Source: Rhodothermales bacterium
GTDB taxonomy: Bacteria > Bacteroidota > Rhodothermia > Rhodothermales > VXPQ01
Assembly (NCBI GenBank): GCA_965117025.1
Contig: OZ220746.1
Span: 2,085,854-2,149,853 of the forward strand
Length of the DNA stretch: 64,000 bases
Reading direction: 5' to 3'
In this document: piece after piece, positions 26,958-39,344 of the stretch
Position numbering within the stretch: the first letter of the stretch is position 1
Layout: each line of letters opens with the position of its first letter
Notes under the pieces: model-generated
Told to the model about the DNA's origin: nothing
Database searches by the model: none
The model's input: only the letters and a program-made list of their open reading frames with translations
Position numbers and translations under genes: made by a program

Positions 26958-28370
26958 ATGTCGCGCTCTTTCCAGCCTCACCTTTTCGTCATTCTCGGCG
27001 CCAGCGGCGATCTGACGTCGCGCAAGCTGGTGCCCGCCCTGTTTCATCTCATGGAGCGGCATGACGAACTGCGTTGTTGCCACATTCTCGGCGTTGCCCG
27101 GTCCGATTTGTCCGACGCAGCCTTCCGGGACAGTGTCCGCGAAGCGCTGCACGAGCGGTATCCGGAGGGCTCCGATCTTGCTGCCTGGTGCGATGATCAT
27201 GTGTTCTACCAGTCGTTGGGGGACAGCGGAAATGGCTACGATGGGCTTGCCCGCCGGATCGCCTCTATCGAAAAGGAATGCGATCTGCCCGGCAACCGGG
27301 TTTTCTACCTTGCTCTTCCCCCAAAGACGTTCCCCGGAACCATCGAAGCCCTCGGACAGGCCAATCTCCACAAGACAGCGGGCTGGGCGCGGCTCGTCAT
27401 CGAAAAGCCGTTCGGGCACGATCTGACCTCGGCCCATGCGTTGAACGATCTCGTACACCGGTATTTCTCCGAATCCCAGATATTTCGCATCGACCACTAT
27501 CTCGGAAAGGAAACCGTACAGAACCTGCTGGTCTTCCGGTTCGGCAATGCGCTTTTCGAGAGCGTATGGCACCGGGGGCAGATCGAACGGGTCGATATCC
27601 AGGTGCATGAATCTCTGGGCGTGGAAACGCGCGCAGGGTATTACGACCAGTCGGGGGCGTTGCGGGACATGGTGCAGAACCATATTACGCAGTTGCTCTC
27701 GCTGGTTGCAATGGAGGCGCCCGCCCGGTTCGACGCCGACTCGATCCGGCAGGAAAAAATCAAGGTGCTGGAATCCATCGTTCCGCTTCGTCCCGAGGAT
27801 GTACTGCTGGGCCAGTACGCCGCCGGCGAAGTGGACGGCAAGCCCGTAAGGGCATACCACGAGGAAAAAGGGGTACCGGAAGGATCCACCACCGAAACGT
27901 TTGTCCGCCTGCGCGTGGAGATCGCCAACTGGCGCTGGCGAGGCGTTCCGTTCATCCTCGAAACCGGCAAGCGCATGCCCGAAAAGCGCACCCGCATAGC
28001 GATCCGGTTTCAGCCGGCCCCGGTCTCGCTTTTCCGGCCCTACGAGGATACCTGCAACGTTCGCCCCAACATCCTCGAAATCACGTTACAACCGGACGAG
28101 GGGTTCAACCTGCACTTTGAGGTGAAACAGCCTCGCATGCCGCTCCGGCTGACTCCCCGAAGACTCCACTTCCGCTACGACGAGGTGTTCGGCGATCTCC
28201 CGGAAGCCTACGAAACGCTGCTCGGCGATGTGATCCAGGGGGACCAGACGCTGTTCGTGCATGCCGACGAAGTGATCAATTCGTGGCGGCTCTACACGCC
28301 GGTTCTTGAAGCCGGCTTGCCGGTGCATCCGTACGCGCCCGGATCGGCGGGCCCGAATTCCGCTTCGTAA
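26958..28370 (+). CDS. zwf: Glucose-6-phosphate 1-dehydrogenase
   Basis: NADP-binding site LGASGDLTSRKL and active-site signature FRIDHYLGKE. 470 aa. Confidence 0.95.
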   Translation: MSRSFQPHLFVILGASGDLTSRKLVPALFHLMERHDELRCCHILGVARSDLSDAAFRDSVREALHERYPEGSDLAAWCDDHVFYQSLGDSGNGYDGLARRIASIEKECDLPGNRVFYLALPPKTFPGTIEALGQANLHKTAGWARLVIEKPFGHDLTSAHALNDLVHRYFSESQIFRIDHYLGKETVQNLLVFRFGNALFESVWHRGQIERVDIQVHESLGVETRAGYYDQSGALRDMVQNHITQLLSLVAMEAPARFDADSIRQEKIKVLESIVPLRPEDVLLGQYAAGEVDGKPVRAYHEEKGVPEGSTTETFVRLRVEIANWRWRGVPFILETGKRMPEKRTRIAIRFQPAPVSLFRPYEDTCNVRPNILEITLQPDEGFNLHFEVKQPRMPLRLTPRRLHFRYDEVFGDLPEAYETLLGDVIQGDQTLFVHADEVINSWRLYTPVLEAGLPVHPYAPGSAGPNSAS

Positions 28371-28383
28371 GGCGCGGCCTTCC

Positions 28384-29094
28384 ATGAAACGACGGCTGGA
28401 AACGTACGAACACCTCGATGCGCTGAGTCATGCGGCCTTGCGCATGATTCGCGCGAAGGCGCGTGCGGGCGCGCCGTGCAGTATCTGCCTTTCCGGCGGA
28501 TCGACGCCGGAGCGTCTTTTTTCGTTGCTCGGCGGTGTGGAAGGGCGTTCGCTGCCATGGCCCGACATCCGATTGTTCTGGGCCGATGAGCGATTTGTAC
28601 CGGAAGATCATCCCGGCAATAATTTCCGGGCGGCCCGGTGCCTGTTGGTTGACCGCGTACCGATTTCAGAGGCAAACGTGCATCCGGTAAACACCTCGCT
28701 GGGTACGCCCGAAGCGGCTGCGGACGACTACGAAGCCATCCTTCGGGAATGTTTCGACCCTGCGCAGGGCAAGACGTTCGATGTGGCGCTGCTTGGCATC
28801 GGAGAGGATGGACACACCGCTTCGCTGTTTCCGGGATATGTACCGGCACAGGACCGGTGGGCCGTAGCGGTAGAGGGGCCTGCATACAGGCCACCGAGAG
28901 AGCGGGTCACGCTCACCCCCGCCGTGCTCAACCGGGCGGAAACGGTGGTGTTTATGGTGGCAGGGGCCGCCAAGCGGGAAACGCTGCGCCGCGTGCTCGA
29001 CAACGATTCGGCCCTGCCTGCCTCGCATATCCGCGGGCTCCGGGAGACAGTGATTCTCACAGATGCCACAGTGGCTCCACATTCGCCGGCGTGA
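28384..29094 (+). CDS. pgl: 6-phosphogluconolactonase
   Basis: ATG at 28384, 13 nt after the zwf stop. LSGGSTPERLF and FWADERFVP motifs, and GIGEDGHTASLFPG. Confidence 0.9.
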   Translation: MKRRLETYEHLDALSHAALRMIRAKARAGAPCSICLSGGSTPERLFSLLGGVEGRSLPWPDIRLFWADERFVPEDHPGNNFRAARCLLVDRVPISEANVHPVNTSLGTPEAAADDYEAILRECFDPAQGKTFDVALLGIGEDGHTASLFPGYVPAQDRWAVAVEGPAYRPPRERVTLTPAVLNRAETVVFMVAGAAKRETLRRVLDNDSALPASHIRGLRETVILTDATVAPHSPA

Positions 29095-29248
29095 CCCGAT
29101 CTTTCCCATGCGAGGGCAGCCTCCTTCTTATGGCGCCCCGAACAGGCATTTCGACCCGCAACCACCGGGCGGACATGGTGCAACCTGCATGATTCCGGCT
29201 ACAACCGGCCTGCGGCATTACCTGCTTTGCTGTAGCGAACCGCCCTGA

Positions 29249-31303
<2,055 letters not shown>

Positions 31304-31420
31304 GAACCTGCGTTATCGAGGTCTACTCGACCAGAGTATCCTTTAAAGATACGCGATACGCGTCTGCCGTGGAGCGGCCGGCCTGCAAATCCCTGCTCAG
31401 AGCGCGTTTCCCGGCGTTCG

Positions 31421-32461
31421 TCAGGCTGACCTGCGCACCGTAGCGTCCCAGAGGCCGGCCATGTACGCAGCCCCCAGCGCGCGATCGTACAAACCGTATC
31501 CTGCCAGTCCTTTCTCTCCCCAGATCATACGCCCGTGATCCGGTCGGGCCGGGCCGTCGAATCCGATATCCAGCAGGGCCTCCATCACGGCCGCCATATC
31601 GACATCGCCATCGGGGTGTACGCTTTCCTGGAAAGACCGGTCTCCCAAACGGGTCACGTTACGCGCATGCACAAAATGGATGCGTCCCGCCAGCGAACGA
31701 ATCGTCTCCGGCAGCCGGGCGGCTTCGGCAGGGTTCGCGCCCAGCGAACCGGTGCACAACGTCACGCCGTTTGCCTCGCTGTCTACCAGTTGCGTAACCC
31801 GTTTCAGGGCGTCGCCGCTCGTGATAATCCGCGGAAACCCCGCCACGGACCAGGGCGGATCGTCGGGATGAATGGCAAGGCGCACGCCGGCCCGTTCGGC
31901 TACAGGCACGATGCGTTCCAGGAAATACGCCAGATTATCCCACAGATCTTCTTCCGAGCATTCGGCGTACGCGGTCCGCAATGCGGTGACTTCTTCGCCC
32001 GTATAGGCGGCATGCCATCCCGGGAGGTCCTGGGTTCCTGCGGAAAAATCGATGGCCTCCATGTCCTTTTGATCGAACCGCAGCGCAGTCGATCCATCCG
32101 GTTGCGGCATCGCCAGATCCGTGCGCAACCAGTCGAAAACCGGCATGAAATTGTAGCAGATGACCGGCACGCCTTCCGCAGCCACTGCTTCCACGCTTTG
32201 TTTGTACCGGGCGATCAATTCATCCCGATCCGGCCGCCCCAGTTTGATGTTTTCGTGTATGTTGATCGACTCTACCACCGAGAAACGCAGCCCCGCCGCC
32301 TCGATGGTCTCGCGCAGTGCGCGCACGCTTTCCCGCGGCCATATTTCGCCCGGCGCGAAATCCCGGAGCGAGCTTACAATACCCGTCATGCGGGGAATTT
32401 GCCGGATGTACGCCGGGGATACCGGATCGCCGGGGCCATACCATCTGAACGTCAGTTTCAT
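31421..32461 (-). CDS. uxuA: Mannonate dehydratase
   Basis: N-terminus MKLTFRWYGPGDPV...YIRQIP is the UxuA signature. 346 aa (short form). Confidence 0.8.
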   Translation of the reverse strand: MKLTFRWYGPGDPVSPAYIRQIPRMTGIVSSLRDFAPGEIWPRESVRALRETIEAAGLRFSVVESINIHENIKLGRPDRDELIARYKQSVEAVAAEGVPVICYNFMPVFDWLRTDLAMPQPDGSTALRFDQKDMEAIDFSAGTQDLPGWHAAYTGEEVTALRTAYAECSEEDLWDNLAYFLERIVPVAERAGVRLAIHPDDPPWSVAGFPRIITSGDALKRVTQLVDSEANGVTLCTGSLGANPAEAARLPETIRSLAGRIHFVHARNVTRLGDRSFQESVHPDGDVDMAAVMEALLDIGFDGPARPDHGRMIWGEKGLAGYGLYDRALGAAYMAGLWDATVRRSA

Positions 32462-32506
32462 AGCGTTTCACGGAAGAATTACGAGCCGCGCCGATGCTGC
32501 GCCGGA

Positions 32507-32788
32507 TCAGAGCATCATCACCTGCTCCACTTTTGCCGCGGCCTGGTACAACGCGACGATTTCATCGCTGGAATGCATTTCCATTTTCGCCGTCACGCTG
32601 AGATACCGCCCTTTGGACGACGCCCGCACCGTCACCGGGTGCCGTCCGAAGATATTCTTCAACGCGTCCAGACTGTGGGCAGGCACAATGAACTTGAACA
32701 CATACTCGTCGGGAAAATCAATCTGATCATCCAGAAGTTCCTGAAAATGCTGCCACCAGGCATCTTCTTCCGCCGGTACGTTTTTCAT
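32507..32788 (-). CDS. DUF493 (YbeD-like) small protein
   Basis: 93 aa. FPDEYVFKFIVPA... pattern typical of YbeD/HP0495. Confidence 0.65.
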   Translation of the reverse strand: MKNVPAEEDAWWQHFQELLDDQIDFPDEYVFKFIVPAHSLDALKNIFGRHPVTVRASSKGRYLSVTAKMEMHSSDEIVALYQAAAKVEQVMML

Positions 32789-32871
32789 GGCTTGTCCGCT
32801 CCCGGGCTGCTTGAAATCGATCGGGAAGTTTGTCGTTCGGGTCTGGTATGTCTGCCGCCGCGATGTGGCCC

Positions 32872-32885
32872 CCGAAACGTTTCGG
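32872..32885. promoter_or_regulatory. Perfect 14-bp palindrome CCGAAACGTTTCGG in divergent intergenic region
   Basis: Read directly. Lies between the divergently transcribed DUF493 gene and the OM-channel gene. Confidence 0.3.
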
Positions 32886-33203
32886 CGATACCCATCACCG
32901 GTTTATGATCTTTGCTGTCTGGTACGAGACGCTGTATACGACCGTTCCTGCGGAGCAGGTGTGCATGGTATCGTGTTGTCCGGAGGGTCGTCTGCATTCT
33001 CTCGGTCCACATCATGCCCGCCCGGTGCGTCTATTTTGTCCAATCTTTCAAAAAAGCCCCCCGGTTTCCTTTGTAATTTTTTACATGGTCTCCCTGTTTT
33101 CTTCGCTGGCAAAATGGAAGATCAGTATAAGCCCCCACTTCTTTTTTCATTCTTGCCGGCTCGTTGCTTCCATACCGTCTTTACCAATCCTGCGATCGCC
33201 ATC

Positions 33204-34250
33204 ATGCCAATACGAATTGCACTTCCTGCCATAGCTGTCGCACTCCTTGCTGTGATACCTGTCCAGGCACAGTACGAATGGACATCGTCCCGTCCTGACG
33301 GGCATGCGCCCATCGGGGTCATGGGTGATCACATCCACGAGCGCGATGAATACATGCTGTCCTATCGCTTCATGCACATGAATATGGATGGCAACCGTAC
33401 AGGCACGTCAGAGGTATCGACAAGCGATGTACACCGGGACTTCATGGTGGCTCCGCTGGATATGACGATGACGATGCATATGCTCGGCGTCATGTATGCG
33501 CCCTCGGACGCGATAACCGTCATGGGTGGGGCGAAATGGATCGGCAAGAACATGAACCATGTGACCCGCATGAACGCTGCTTTCGAGGCCACATCTTCCG
33601 GCCTGGGCGATGTGGGGTTGTCTGCCTTGGTCGGATTGAGGCGTGCCGGTGCTACACGCGTTCACCTCATGGCCGGCGTGTCGATTCCGGTGGGATCCAT
33701 TGAAGAGACGGGCGTGAATCCGATGAGCGGGGGCGTTGCGGTTCAGATGCCGTATCCGATGCAGTTGGGTTCGGGCACATGGGACATACTCCCAGGTGTT
33801 ACGGTCCTTGGCATGCGTGAGCGGTTTTCATGGGGCTTGCAGGCCCGCGGCGCCATCCGCATGGGCGAGAACGATCGGGGCTACAGACAAGGAAATACGG
33901 TCGAAGGTACTGCATGGCTTGCCTTGAAAACCACGGAGTATCTCAGCGTATCGGCCCGTGTGCTGCTCCAGAACTGGGGAGACTATAGTCGTCACGATGC
34001 GGCCTACAGGAATCCGATGATGGTTCCGACGGTCCGCGAGGATCTGCGCGGCGGAGTGCGTATGGCTGTTCCGCTCGGCGTGAATATATACTTCAGGGAT
34101 GGCGCGTTAAAGGGCCACAGGATCGCTGCCGAATGGAGTATGCCGGTCTATCAGGATCTGCACGGCCCGCAGCTCGATACGGACTGGATGTTCACCATAG
34201 GTTGGCAGAAGTCATTTACCCTTTTCAGGGACCGGGCGCATCACGAATAA
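33204..34250 (+). CDS. Outer-membrane beta-barrel channel (MetA-pathway/phenol-degradation-like transporter family), Met/His-rich
   Basis: ATG at 33204 gives the signal peptide MPIRIALPAIAVALLAVIPVQAQ. MGDHIHERDEYMLSYRFMHMNMDGN head and C-terminal ...FTIGWQKSF. The 416 nt of open frame upstream has no signal or homology features. Confidence 0.7.
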   Translation: MPIRIALPAIAVALLAVIPVQAQYEWTSSRPDGHAPIGVMGDHIHERDEYMLSYRFMHMNMDGNRTGTSEVSTSDVHRDFMVAPLDMTMTMHMLGVMYAPSDAITVMGGAKWIGKNMNHVTRMNAAFEATSSGLGDVGLSALVGLRRAGATRVHLMAGVSIPVGSIEETGVNPMSGGVAVQMPYPMQLGSGTWDILPGVTVLGMRERFSWGLQARGAIRMGENDRGYRQGNTVEGTAWLALKTTEYLSVSARVLLQNWGDYSRHDAAYRNPMMVPTVREDLRGGVRMAVPLGVNIYFRDGALKGHRIAAEWSMPVYQDLHGPQLDTDWMFTIGWQKSFTLFRDRAHHE

Positions 34251-34619
34251 TAAGGGTACTTCTGATTAAGTCCACTCCGATCCAGCACTTCACTTTCGCG
34301 AGTAAAGGACGTCATAATTCCTGGCAGTCTGGTGGGGCGCCGGGGGTCGCCCACAGATAGTTCAACTGTCCCCGCGCCAGCCTTCGCTCTGTTTTCGGTA
34401 TGCGCCATTTCGGTCAATCAGGTGTCGCGGACCCCGTTGCCGCTACGGACCGAATGCTTTGCAACTCTGCCAAAATGTCATTCCTTGGGCTTCCGGTACG
34501 CTTTTCGTAGGTACTGACTGCACCACGATGCACGGGGCCCATACAAGGGGTGTTTTTTCCGGCTACAGGGCACGGTGCGCATCGGAACATGCATTTATCG
34601 ATGAAAAACACGTATTCGA

Positions 34620-36806
34620 ATGAATCCCCAACAGGAAAGCAATGGGCATCAGGCGCTGGAGCGCTTTGCCCGTGATCTGATCGAACTGGCAAGGAAGGGC
34701 GGCATCGACCCCGTGATCGGGCGCGACGAGGAAATTCGGCGCGTTCTGCAGATTCTTTCCCGCCGGACCAAGAACAATCCTGTGCTGGTCGGGGAACCCG
34801 GGGTCGGGAAAACGGCGATTGCGGAAGGACTGGCCATTCGCATCGTACAGGGCGATGTGCCGGAAGGGCTCAAGGACAAGCGGTTGGTCGCGCTCGATAT
34901 GGGCACGCTGATCGCGGGGGCCAAGTACCGCGGCGAATTCGAGGACCGGCTGAAAGCCGTGGTCAAGGAAATCACCGAATCGGATGGACAGGTCATTCTG
35001 TTCGTCGACGAGATTCATACGCTGGTAGGCGCAGGGGCTGCGGAAGGGGCCATGGATGCAGCGAACATTCTGAAACCCGCGCTCGCCCGTGGCGAACTGC
35101 GCGCCATCGGGGCAACCACCCTCGACGAGTATCGCAAACACTTCGAAAAAGACAAGGCATTGGAACGCCGCTTCCAGATGGTGCTGGTTGCGGAGCCGAA
35201 CGTAGCCGATACCATTTCCATCCTGCGCGGCATCAAGGATCGTTACGAGGTGCATCACGGCGTCAGGATCCAGGATGGCGCCATCGTAGCGGCGGCCGAA
35301 CTCAGTCACCGGTACATTGCCGATCGTTTTCTGCCGGACAAGGCCATTGATCTGATCGATGAATCGGCGGCCCGGCTTCGGATCGAGATCGATTCCATGC
35401 CGGAGGACCTGGATCAGATGGAACGGCAGATCCGGCAACTGGAAATCGAACGAGAGGCCGTCAAGCGGGACGGAGCGCAGGGCAAGCCTGAGCGGATTGG
35501 CGAGCAGATCGCCAAGCTTGAGGAAGAGCGCAACGAATTCCGGGCGCGCTGGGAGCAGGAAAAGAACGTCATCCGGACGATTCGGGATACCCGGGAGGAT
35601 ATGGATCGGCTCCGTGTCCAGGCGGACAACCTCGAACGCGGCGGCGAGTACGGTCGCGTGGCGGAAATTCGTTATGGACAGATTCCGCAGGCCGAACAGA
35701 AAATCCGGGAAGCACAGGCCGAACTCGACGAAATCCAGGAGCGGGGCGCGCTGCTGAAGGAAGAAATAGGCCCGGAAGACATTGCAGAGATCGTGTCGCG
35801 GTGGACCGGCATTCCGGTGGCGAAGATGCTCGCCGGCGAAAGGGATAAGCTATTGCGGCTCGAAGAAATGCTGGAACGGCGCGTGGTCGGACAGCCCGAA
35901 GCGCTTCGGGTCGTTTCCGACGCGGTGCGCCGGGGACGAACCGGATTACAGGAAGCGTCGCGCCCGATCGGGAGTTTTATTTTCCTGGGCTCCACCGGTA
36001 CGGGCAAGACCGAACTTGCGAAAGCCCTCGCCGAGTTCCTGTTCAACGACGAGCACGCCATGGTCCGCATCGATATGAGCGAATATCAGGAACGACACAC
36101 GGTCAGCCGTCTTGTGGGCGCTCCTCCGGGTTATGTCGGGTATGAAGAGGGGGGACAGCTTACCGAAGCAGTGCGCCGCCGGCCGTATTCCGTGATCCTT
36201 CTCGATGAAATCGAGAAGGCGCACCCCGAAGTGTTCAATGTGTTGCTGCAGGTGCTCGATGACGGGCGTCTGACCGACAACAAGGGCCGCGTAGCCGATT
36301 TCCGGAATGCGATCGTCATCATGACGAGTAACATGGGCTCCGAGATCATACAGGAACGGATCGCAGCCATTGAGACGTTCGATGACAAGGCGCTCGCGAC
36401 CATGAAGGAGGACATGAGAATCCTTCTCAGGCAACGGCTCCGGCCGGAATTCCTTAACCGGATCGACGAAATCGTTCTGTTTCGTCCTCTTGGCCCAGAA
36501 CAGATACGCCGTATCGTGGATATACAGTACGCCCGGATCGAGGCGCTTGCCCGGCAAAACCAGAATCTTTCCCTCGCGCTGTCCGACGCTGCGCGGGATC
36601 GGCTGGCCGAACAGGGCTATGATCCGACGTTCGGGGCGCGTCCGCTGAAGCGTGTGCTGCAACAGGAAATTTCCAATAAGCTCGCAGAAGAAATTCTGGC
36701 CGGGCGCATTGCGGACGGAGATCATGTGCGCATTGACATGGCCTCCGACACGGAGGGATTGACTTTCGAAACCGTTGGTCGCGCTACGGCTGAACAGGTT
36801 ATTTAA
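34620..36806 (+). CDS. clpB: ClpB-type AAA+ disaggregase lacking the N-terminal (Clp_N) domain
   Basis: Two Walker A sites ([20 protein letters not shown]) and the coiled-coil M-domain between NBD1 and NBD2. The protein starts at [41 protein letters not shown], equivalent to about residue 150 of E. coli ClpB. 728 aa versus about 857. Confidence 0.9.
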   Translation: MNPQQESNGHQALERFARDLIELARKGGIDPVIGRDEEIRRVLQILSRRTKNNPVLVGEPGVGKTAIAEGLAIRIVQGDVPEGLKDKRLVALDMGTLIAGAKYRGEFEDRLKAVVKEITESDGQVILFVDEIHTLVGAGAAEGAMDAANILKPALARGELRAIGATTLDEYRKHFEKDKALERRFQMVLVAEPNVADTISILRGIKDRYEVHHGVRIQDGAIVAAAELSHRYIADRFLPDKAIDLIDESAARLRIEIDSMPEDLDQMERQIRQLEIEREAVKRDGAQGKPERIGEQIAKLEEERNEFRARWEQEKNVIRTIRDTREDMDRLRVQADNLERGGEYGRVAEIRYGQIPQAEQKIREAQAELDEIQERGALLKEEIGPEDIAEIVSRWTGIPVAKMLAGERDKLLRLEEMLERRVVGQPEALRVVSDAVRRGRTGLQEASRPIGSFIFLGSTGTGKTELAKALAEFLFNDEHAMVRIDMSEYQERHTVSRLVGAPPGYVGYEEGGQLTEAVRRRPYSVILLDEIEKAHPEVFNVLLQVLDDGRLTDNKGRVADFRNAIVIMTSNMGSEIIQERIAAIETFDDKALATMKEDMRILLRQRLRPEFLNRIDEIVLFRPLGPEQIRRIVDIQYARIEALARQNQNLSLALSDAARDRLAEQGYDPTFGARPLKRVLQQEISNKLAEEILAGRIADGDHVRIDMASDTEGLTFETVGRATAEQVI

Positions 36807-36895
36807 AGGGTCGGCCGCGTTGCGCCCGAACAGGTTCTTTTAAATTGTCAGCCGCTCTGCGGCCGAACAGGGTGTCGGCATAGCCTTATACTGCC

Positions 36896-37414
36896 ATGCA
36901 TGAAACTACTCCCAGGAGGCCCCCTCCGGGCTTTACCATCCGGCCCGCGAATCAGGACGATGTGCCGCTCATCCATGCCTTCATCCTGGGGCTGGCCAGA
37001 TTCGAGCGGCTTGAGCACGAATGCCTGGCCACGGAAGAAGCGCTTCAGGACACCTTGTTCGGCCCCCGTGCGTATGCCGAAGTGCTTATCGGTGAATTCG
37101 AGGGCGCCCCGGTGGGCTTTGCGCTTTTCTTCCACAATTATTCCACCTTTCTGGCGAAGCCCGGTATCTATCTGGAAGATATCTATGTAGATCCAGCCTG
37201 GCGCGGCCGGGGCTTCGGCACGGCATTTCTCACGCAGGTGGCCGATCTGGCAGTCGCCCGGGGATGCGGACGTCTTGAATGGTCCGTCCTGGACTGGAAC
37301 GAGAACGCCATCCGGTTTTATGAGCGGCACGGCGCCGTATTGATGAGCGAATGGACGACCATGCGTGTAACGGGAGAAGCGCTCACTGCCCTGTCCGGCG
37401 GCACGGATGCCTGA
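36896..37414 (+). CDS. GNAT-family N-acetyltransferase
   Basis: 172 aa. Acetyl-CoA-binding motif VDPAWRGRGFGTAFL. Confidence 0.85.
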   Translation: MHETTPRRPPPGFTIRPANQDDVPLIHAFILGLARFERLEHECLATEEALQDTLFGPRAYAEVLIGEFEGAPVGFALFFHNYSTFLAKPGIYLEDIYVDPAWRGRGFGTAFLTQVADLAVARGCGRLEWSVLDWNENAIRFYERHGAVLMSEWTTMRVTGEALTALSGGTDA

Positions 37415-37559
37415 CATGTGCAGGGCGTTACAGATGCGCGATGCATGCGTAAGGCGCATTTCCGCATACGCGACATCTACCTTTCTTTTGCTGCATAAAA
37501 AATTCGTATATATTACCTTCCTTAATTAGAATAGCCCTGCCCACAGATTCCAAAAAGCA

Positions 37560-38909
37560 ATGAACCCCAGAAATCGACGCGACTTTCTTAAAACCAGTGC
37601 GCTCCTTGCCGGAGGGCTTGCTATGCCCAGCATTGTTCCGGCATCTGCCCTCGGACGCGCCGGCCGCCCGGCTCCCAGCGATCGCATTACGCTTGGATTC
37701 ATCGGTACGGGCAATATGGGCACCGGGCATCTGAGACAATTCCTCGAGAAAGAACAGGTACAGATTGCGGGGGTCTGCGACGTGAACCGGGCGAGCTACG
37801 GGTACTGGAACGGCGGCTATGCGGGCAGGGAACCCGCACAGCAACTGGTGAATTTTTCCCACAGCAAGCAGATACGCTCCGGGAAATACTCTTCCTGTGA
37901 GGGGTACGAAGATTTTCGCGAGTTGCTGGCTCGCGACGATATCGATGCGGTCGTGATTTCCACGCCGGATCACTGGCACGCCATTCCGGTTATCGCGGCC
38001 GCCCGCGCCGGCAAGCACATTTACGGAGAGAAACCGCTCTCGCTTACCGTCAAGGAAGGACGGGCCATGAGCGATGCCGTAAAGGAGGCAGGGGTTGTGT
38101 TCCAGACCGGCAGCCAACAGCGCTCCAGCGAGCGTTTCCGTCATGCCTGCGAGCTCGTGCTGAACGGCCGGATCGGCACATTACGCACGGTGCGATGTGG
38201 CCTGCCGCCCGGGCAGCCGGACTTCGGCCAAACCGGTGACCGGAAAGAGCCCGAGCCGGTACCCGAAGGCTTCAACTATGATTTGTGGCTTGGCCCCGCT
38301 TCGGAAGCGGAATACAGTCCTGCCCGGTGTCACGTCAATTTCCGCTGGATTCTTGATTACTCCGGCGGGCAGGTGACGGACTGGGGCGGGCATCATCCCG
38401 ACATCGCGCAGTGGGGTATGGGAACGGCCCGGACCGGCCCGATAGCCATCCGCAATGCCAGGGGGACCTTTCCGGAGAACGATTTGTGGAATACCGCCAC
38501 AGACTTTTACTTCGAGGCCGAATACGCCAATGGGGTGACCATGATCATCACCAGTGACGAGGAAAGAGGTGTTCGTTTCGAAGGAGACGACGGATGGATA
38601 TTCGTGTCTCGCGGGCGCCACGAGGTGTCCGATCCGGCCATCTGGAGCACCATACTGAGCGATCAGGATACCCGCCTTTATCATAGCGACGATCATCGCC
38701 AGGACTTCATCGATAGCATGATCACCGGCACCGAACCGATCGCGCCGATCGAGGAGGCGCACCGCTCGATTACCATTGCCCACCTCGGCAATATCGCCAT
38801 GCAGTTGGGCCGCGATCTGAGATGGGATCCCGATCGGGAAGTGGTGCTTGACGACGCCTCGGCCAACGAGATGCTCGGACGGCCCATGCGCGAGCCCTGG
38901 ACCCTCTGA
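37560..38909 (+). CDS. Gfo/Idh/MocA-family oxidoreductase with twin-arginine signal
   Basis: TAT motif NRRDFLKTSALLAGG. Rossmann GFIGTGNMG. STPDHWHA and GKHIYGEKP blocks. Confidence 0.85.
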   Translation: MNPRNRRDFLKTSALLAGGLAMPSIVPASALGRAGRPAPSDRITLGFIGTGNMGTGHLRQFLEKEQVQIAGVCDVNRASYGYWNGGYAGREPAQQLVNFSHSKQIRSGKYSSCEGYEDFRELLARDDIDAVVISTPDHWHAIPVIAAARAGKHIYGEKPLSLTVKEGRAMSDAVKEAGVVFQTGSQQRSSERFRHACELVLNGRIGTLRTVRCGLPPGQPDFGQTGDRKEPEPVPEGFNYDLWLGPASEAEYSPARCHVNFRWILDYSGGQVTDWGGHHPDIAQWGMGTARTGPIAIRNARGTFPENDLWNTATDFYFEAEYANGVTMIITSDEERGVRFEGDDGWIFVSRGRHEVSDPAIWSTILSDQDTRLYHSDDHRQDFIDSMITGTEPIAPIEEAHRSITIAHLGNIAMQLGRDLRWDPDREVVLDDASANEMLGRPMREPWTL

Positions 38910-38924
38910 TGTGCTAAAAAGAAA

Positions 38925-38974
38925 GAGGAGGGCCAGGCACGTTGGGGCTCCAGTCCGTATGCAAGGCCCTCCTC
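38925..38974. terminator. 10-bp GC-rich inverted repeat with a 30-nt loop after the oxidoreductase gene
   Basis: GAGGAGGGCC (38925-34) pairs with GGCCCTCCTC (38965-74). The flanking A-run aaaaagaaa (38916-38924) becomes a U-tract only for a minus-strand transcript. Confidence 0.3.
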
Positions 38975-39322
38975 CGTGGCACACACCATCGGCGGAGGTA
39001 GGACCGAAGGGTGTGTTTGCGCGCACAGCCGCCCATGTATTCGTCAGCGGGCTACGTGCATCGTTTCATTTCAAGCAAATTCCCTGCCATATACATTTCC
39101 TTACGGGAGATCGTTGTGCAGGTTACGTTGCGCCCGCCCTGTTTTCAGCGAGCGCCATTGCGTCCGGACGCATGTGATCCCGGAGATGACGGCCCGGGCC
39201 GTATCTGGCGTACACCTTGCGCAATAACGGATTATAAGACAATTTATTCCGGGCATTTCCTTTTTTTCAACCGGAGCAGGTTATTTTTGCACAATCGTGC
39301 GTAAAAGGGATACAGCACTTGC

Positions 39323-39344
39323 AAAACGGTTTTAGAACCGTTTT
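39323..39344. terminator. Perfect 9-bp AT-rich hairpin AAAACGGTT-ttag-AACCGTTTT (terminator- or attenuator-like) about 100 nt upstream of smc
   Basis: Read directly. The 3' arm ends in TTTT and is followed by ATTGTT. A TATTTTTG (TAnnTTTG-type) box lies at 39282-39289. Confidence 0.35.

Noticed and set aside
31348-31361. GATACGC GATACGC 7-bp tandem duplication upstream of nadE, sharing CGATAC with the 10-bp GH5 repeat
   Set aside because: There are only two short copies, and the shared pentamer is easily explained by chance. There is no further support for a common regulator.
32787-33203. N-terminal 139-aa extension of the OM-channel ORF
   Set aside because: The extension has no signal peptide or homology features. 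A canonical signal peptide begins at ATG 33204, so the stop-free stretch is attributed to GC content.
34251-34619. Search for a degraded Clp_N domain or frameshifted N-terminus upstream of clpB
   Set aside because: The plus-strand ORFs there (for example 34332-34517 in the clpB frame and 34133-34360) encode nothing resembling Clp_N repeats, and in-frame stops intervene. A 24-codon uORF from ATG 34601 is out of frame and unsupported.
38925-38974. GAGGAGGGCC...GGGGCTCC resemblance to the RNase P RNA GAGGAAAGUCCGGGCUCC core
   Set aside because: There is only superficial similarity. The other universally conserved RNase P blocks are absent from the surrounding 500 nt on either strand.
39101-39256. 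51-codon minus-strand ORF (MPGINCLIIRYCARCTPDTARAV...) with four Cys and an A-rich upstream region
   Set aside because: It has no recognisable family, GC3 of only about 63% by hand count, and its stop lies more than 120 nt from the nearest terminator-like hairpin. Support is too weak to call a gene, so it is mentioned only as a possibility in the smc-upstream finding.
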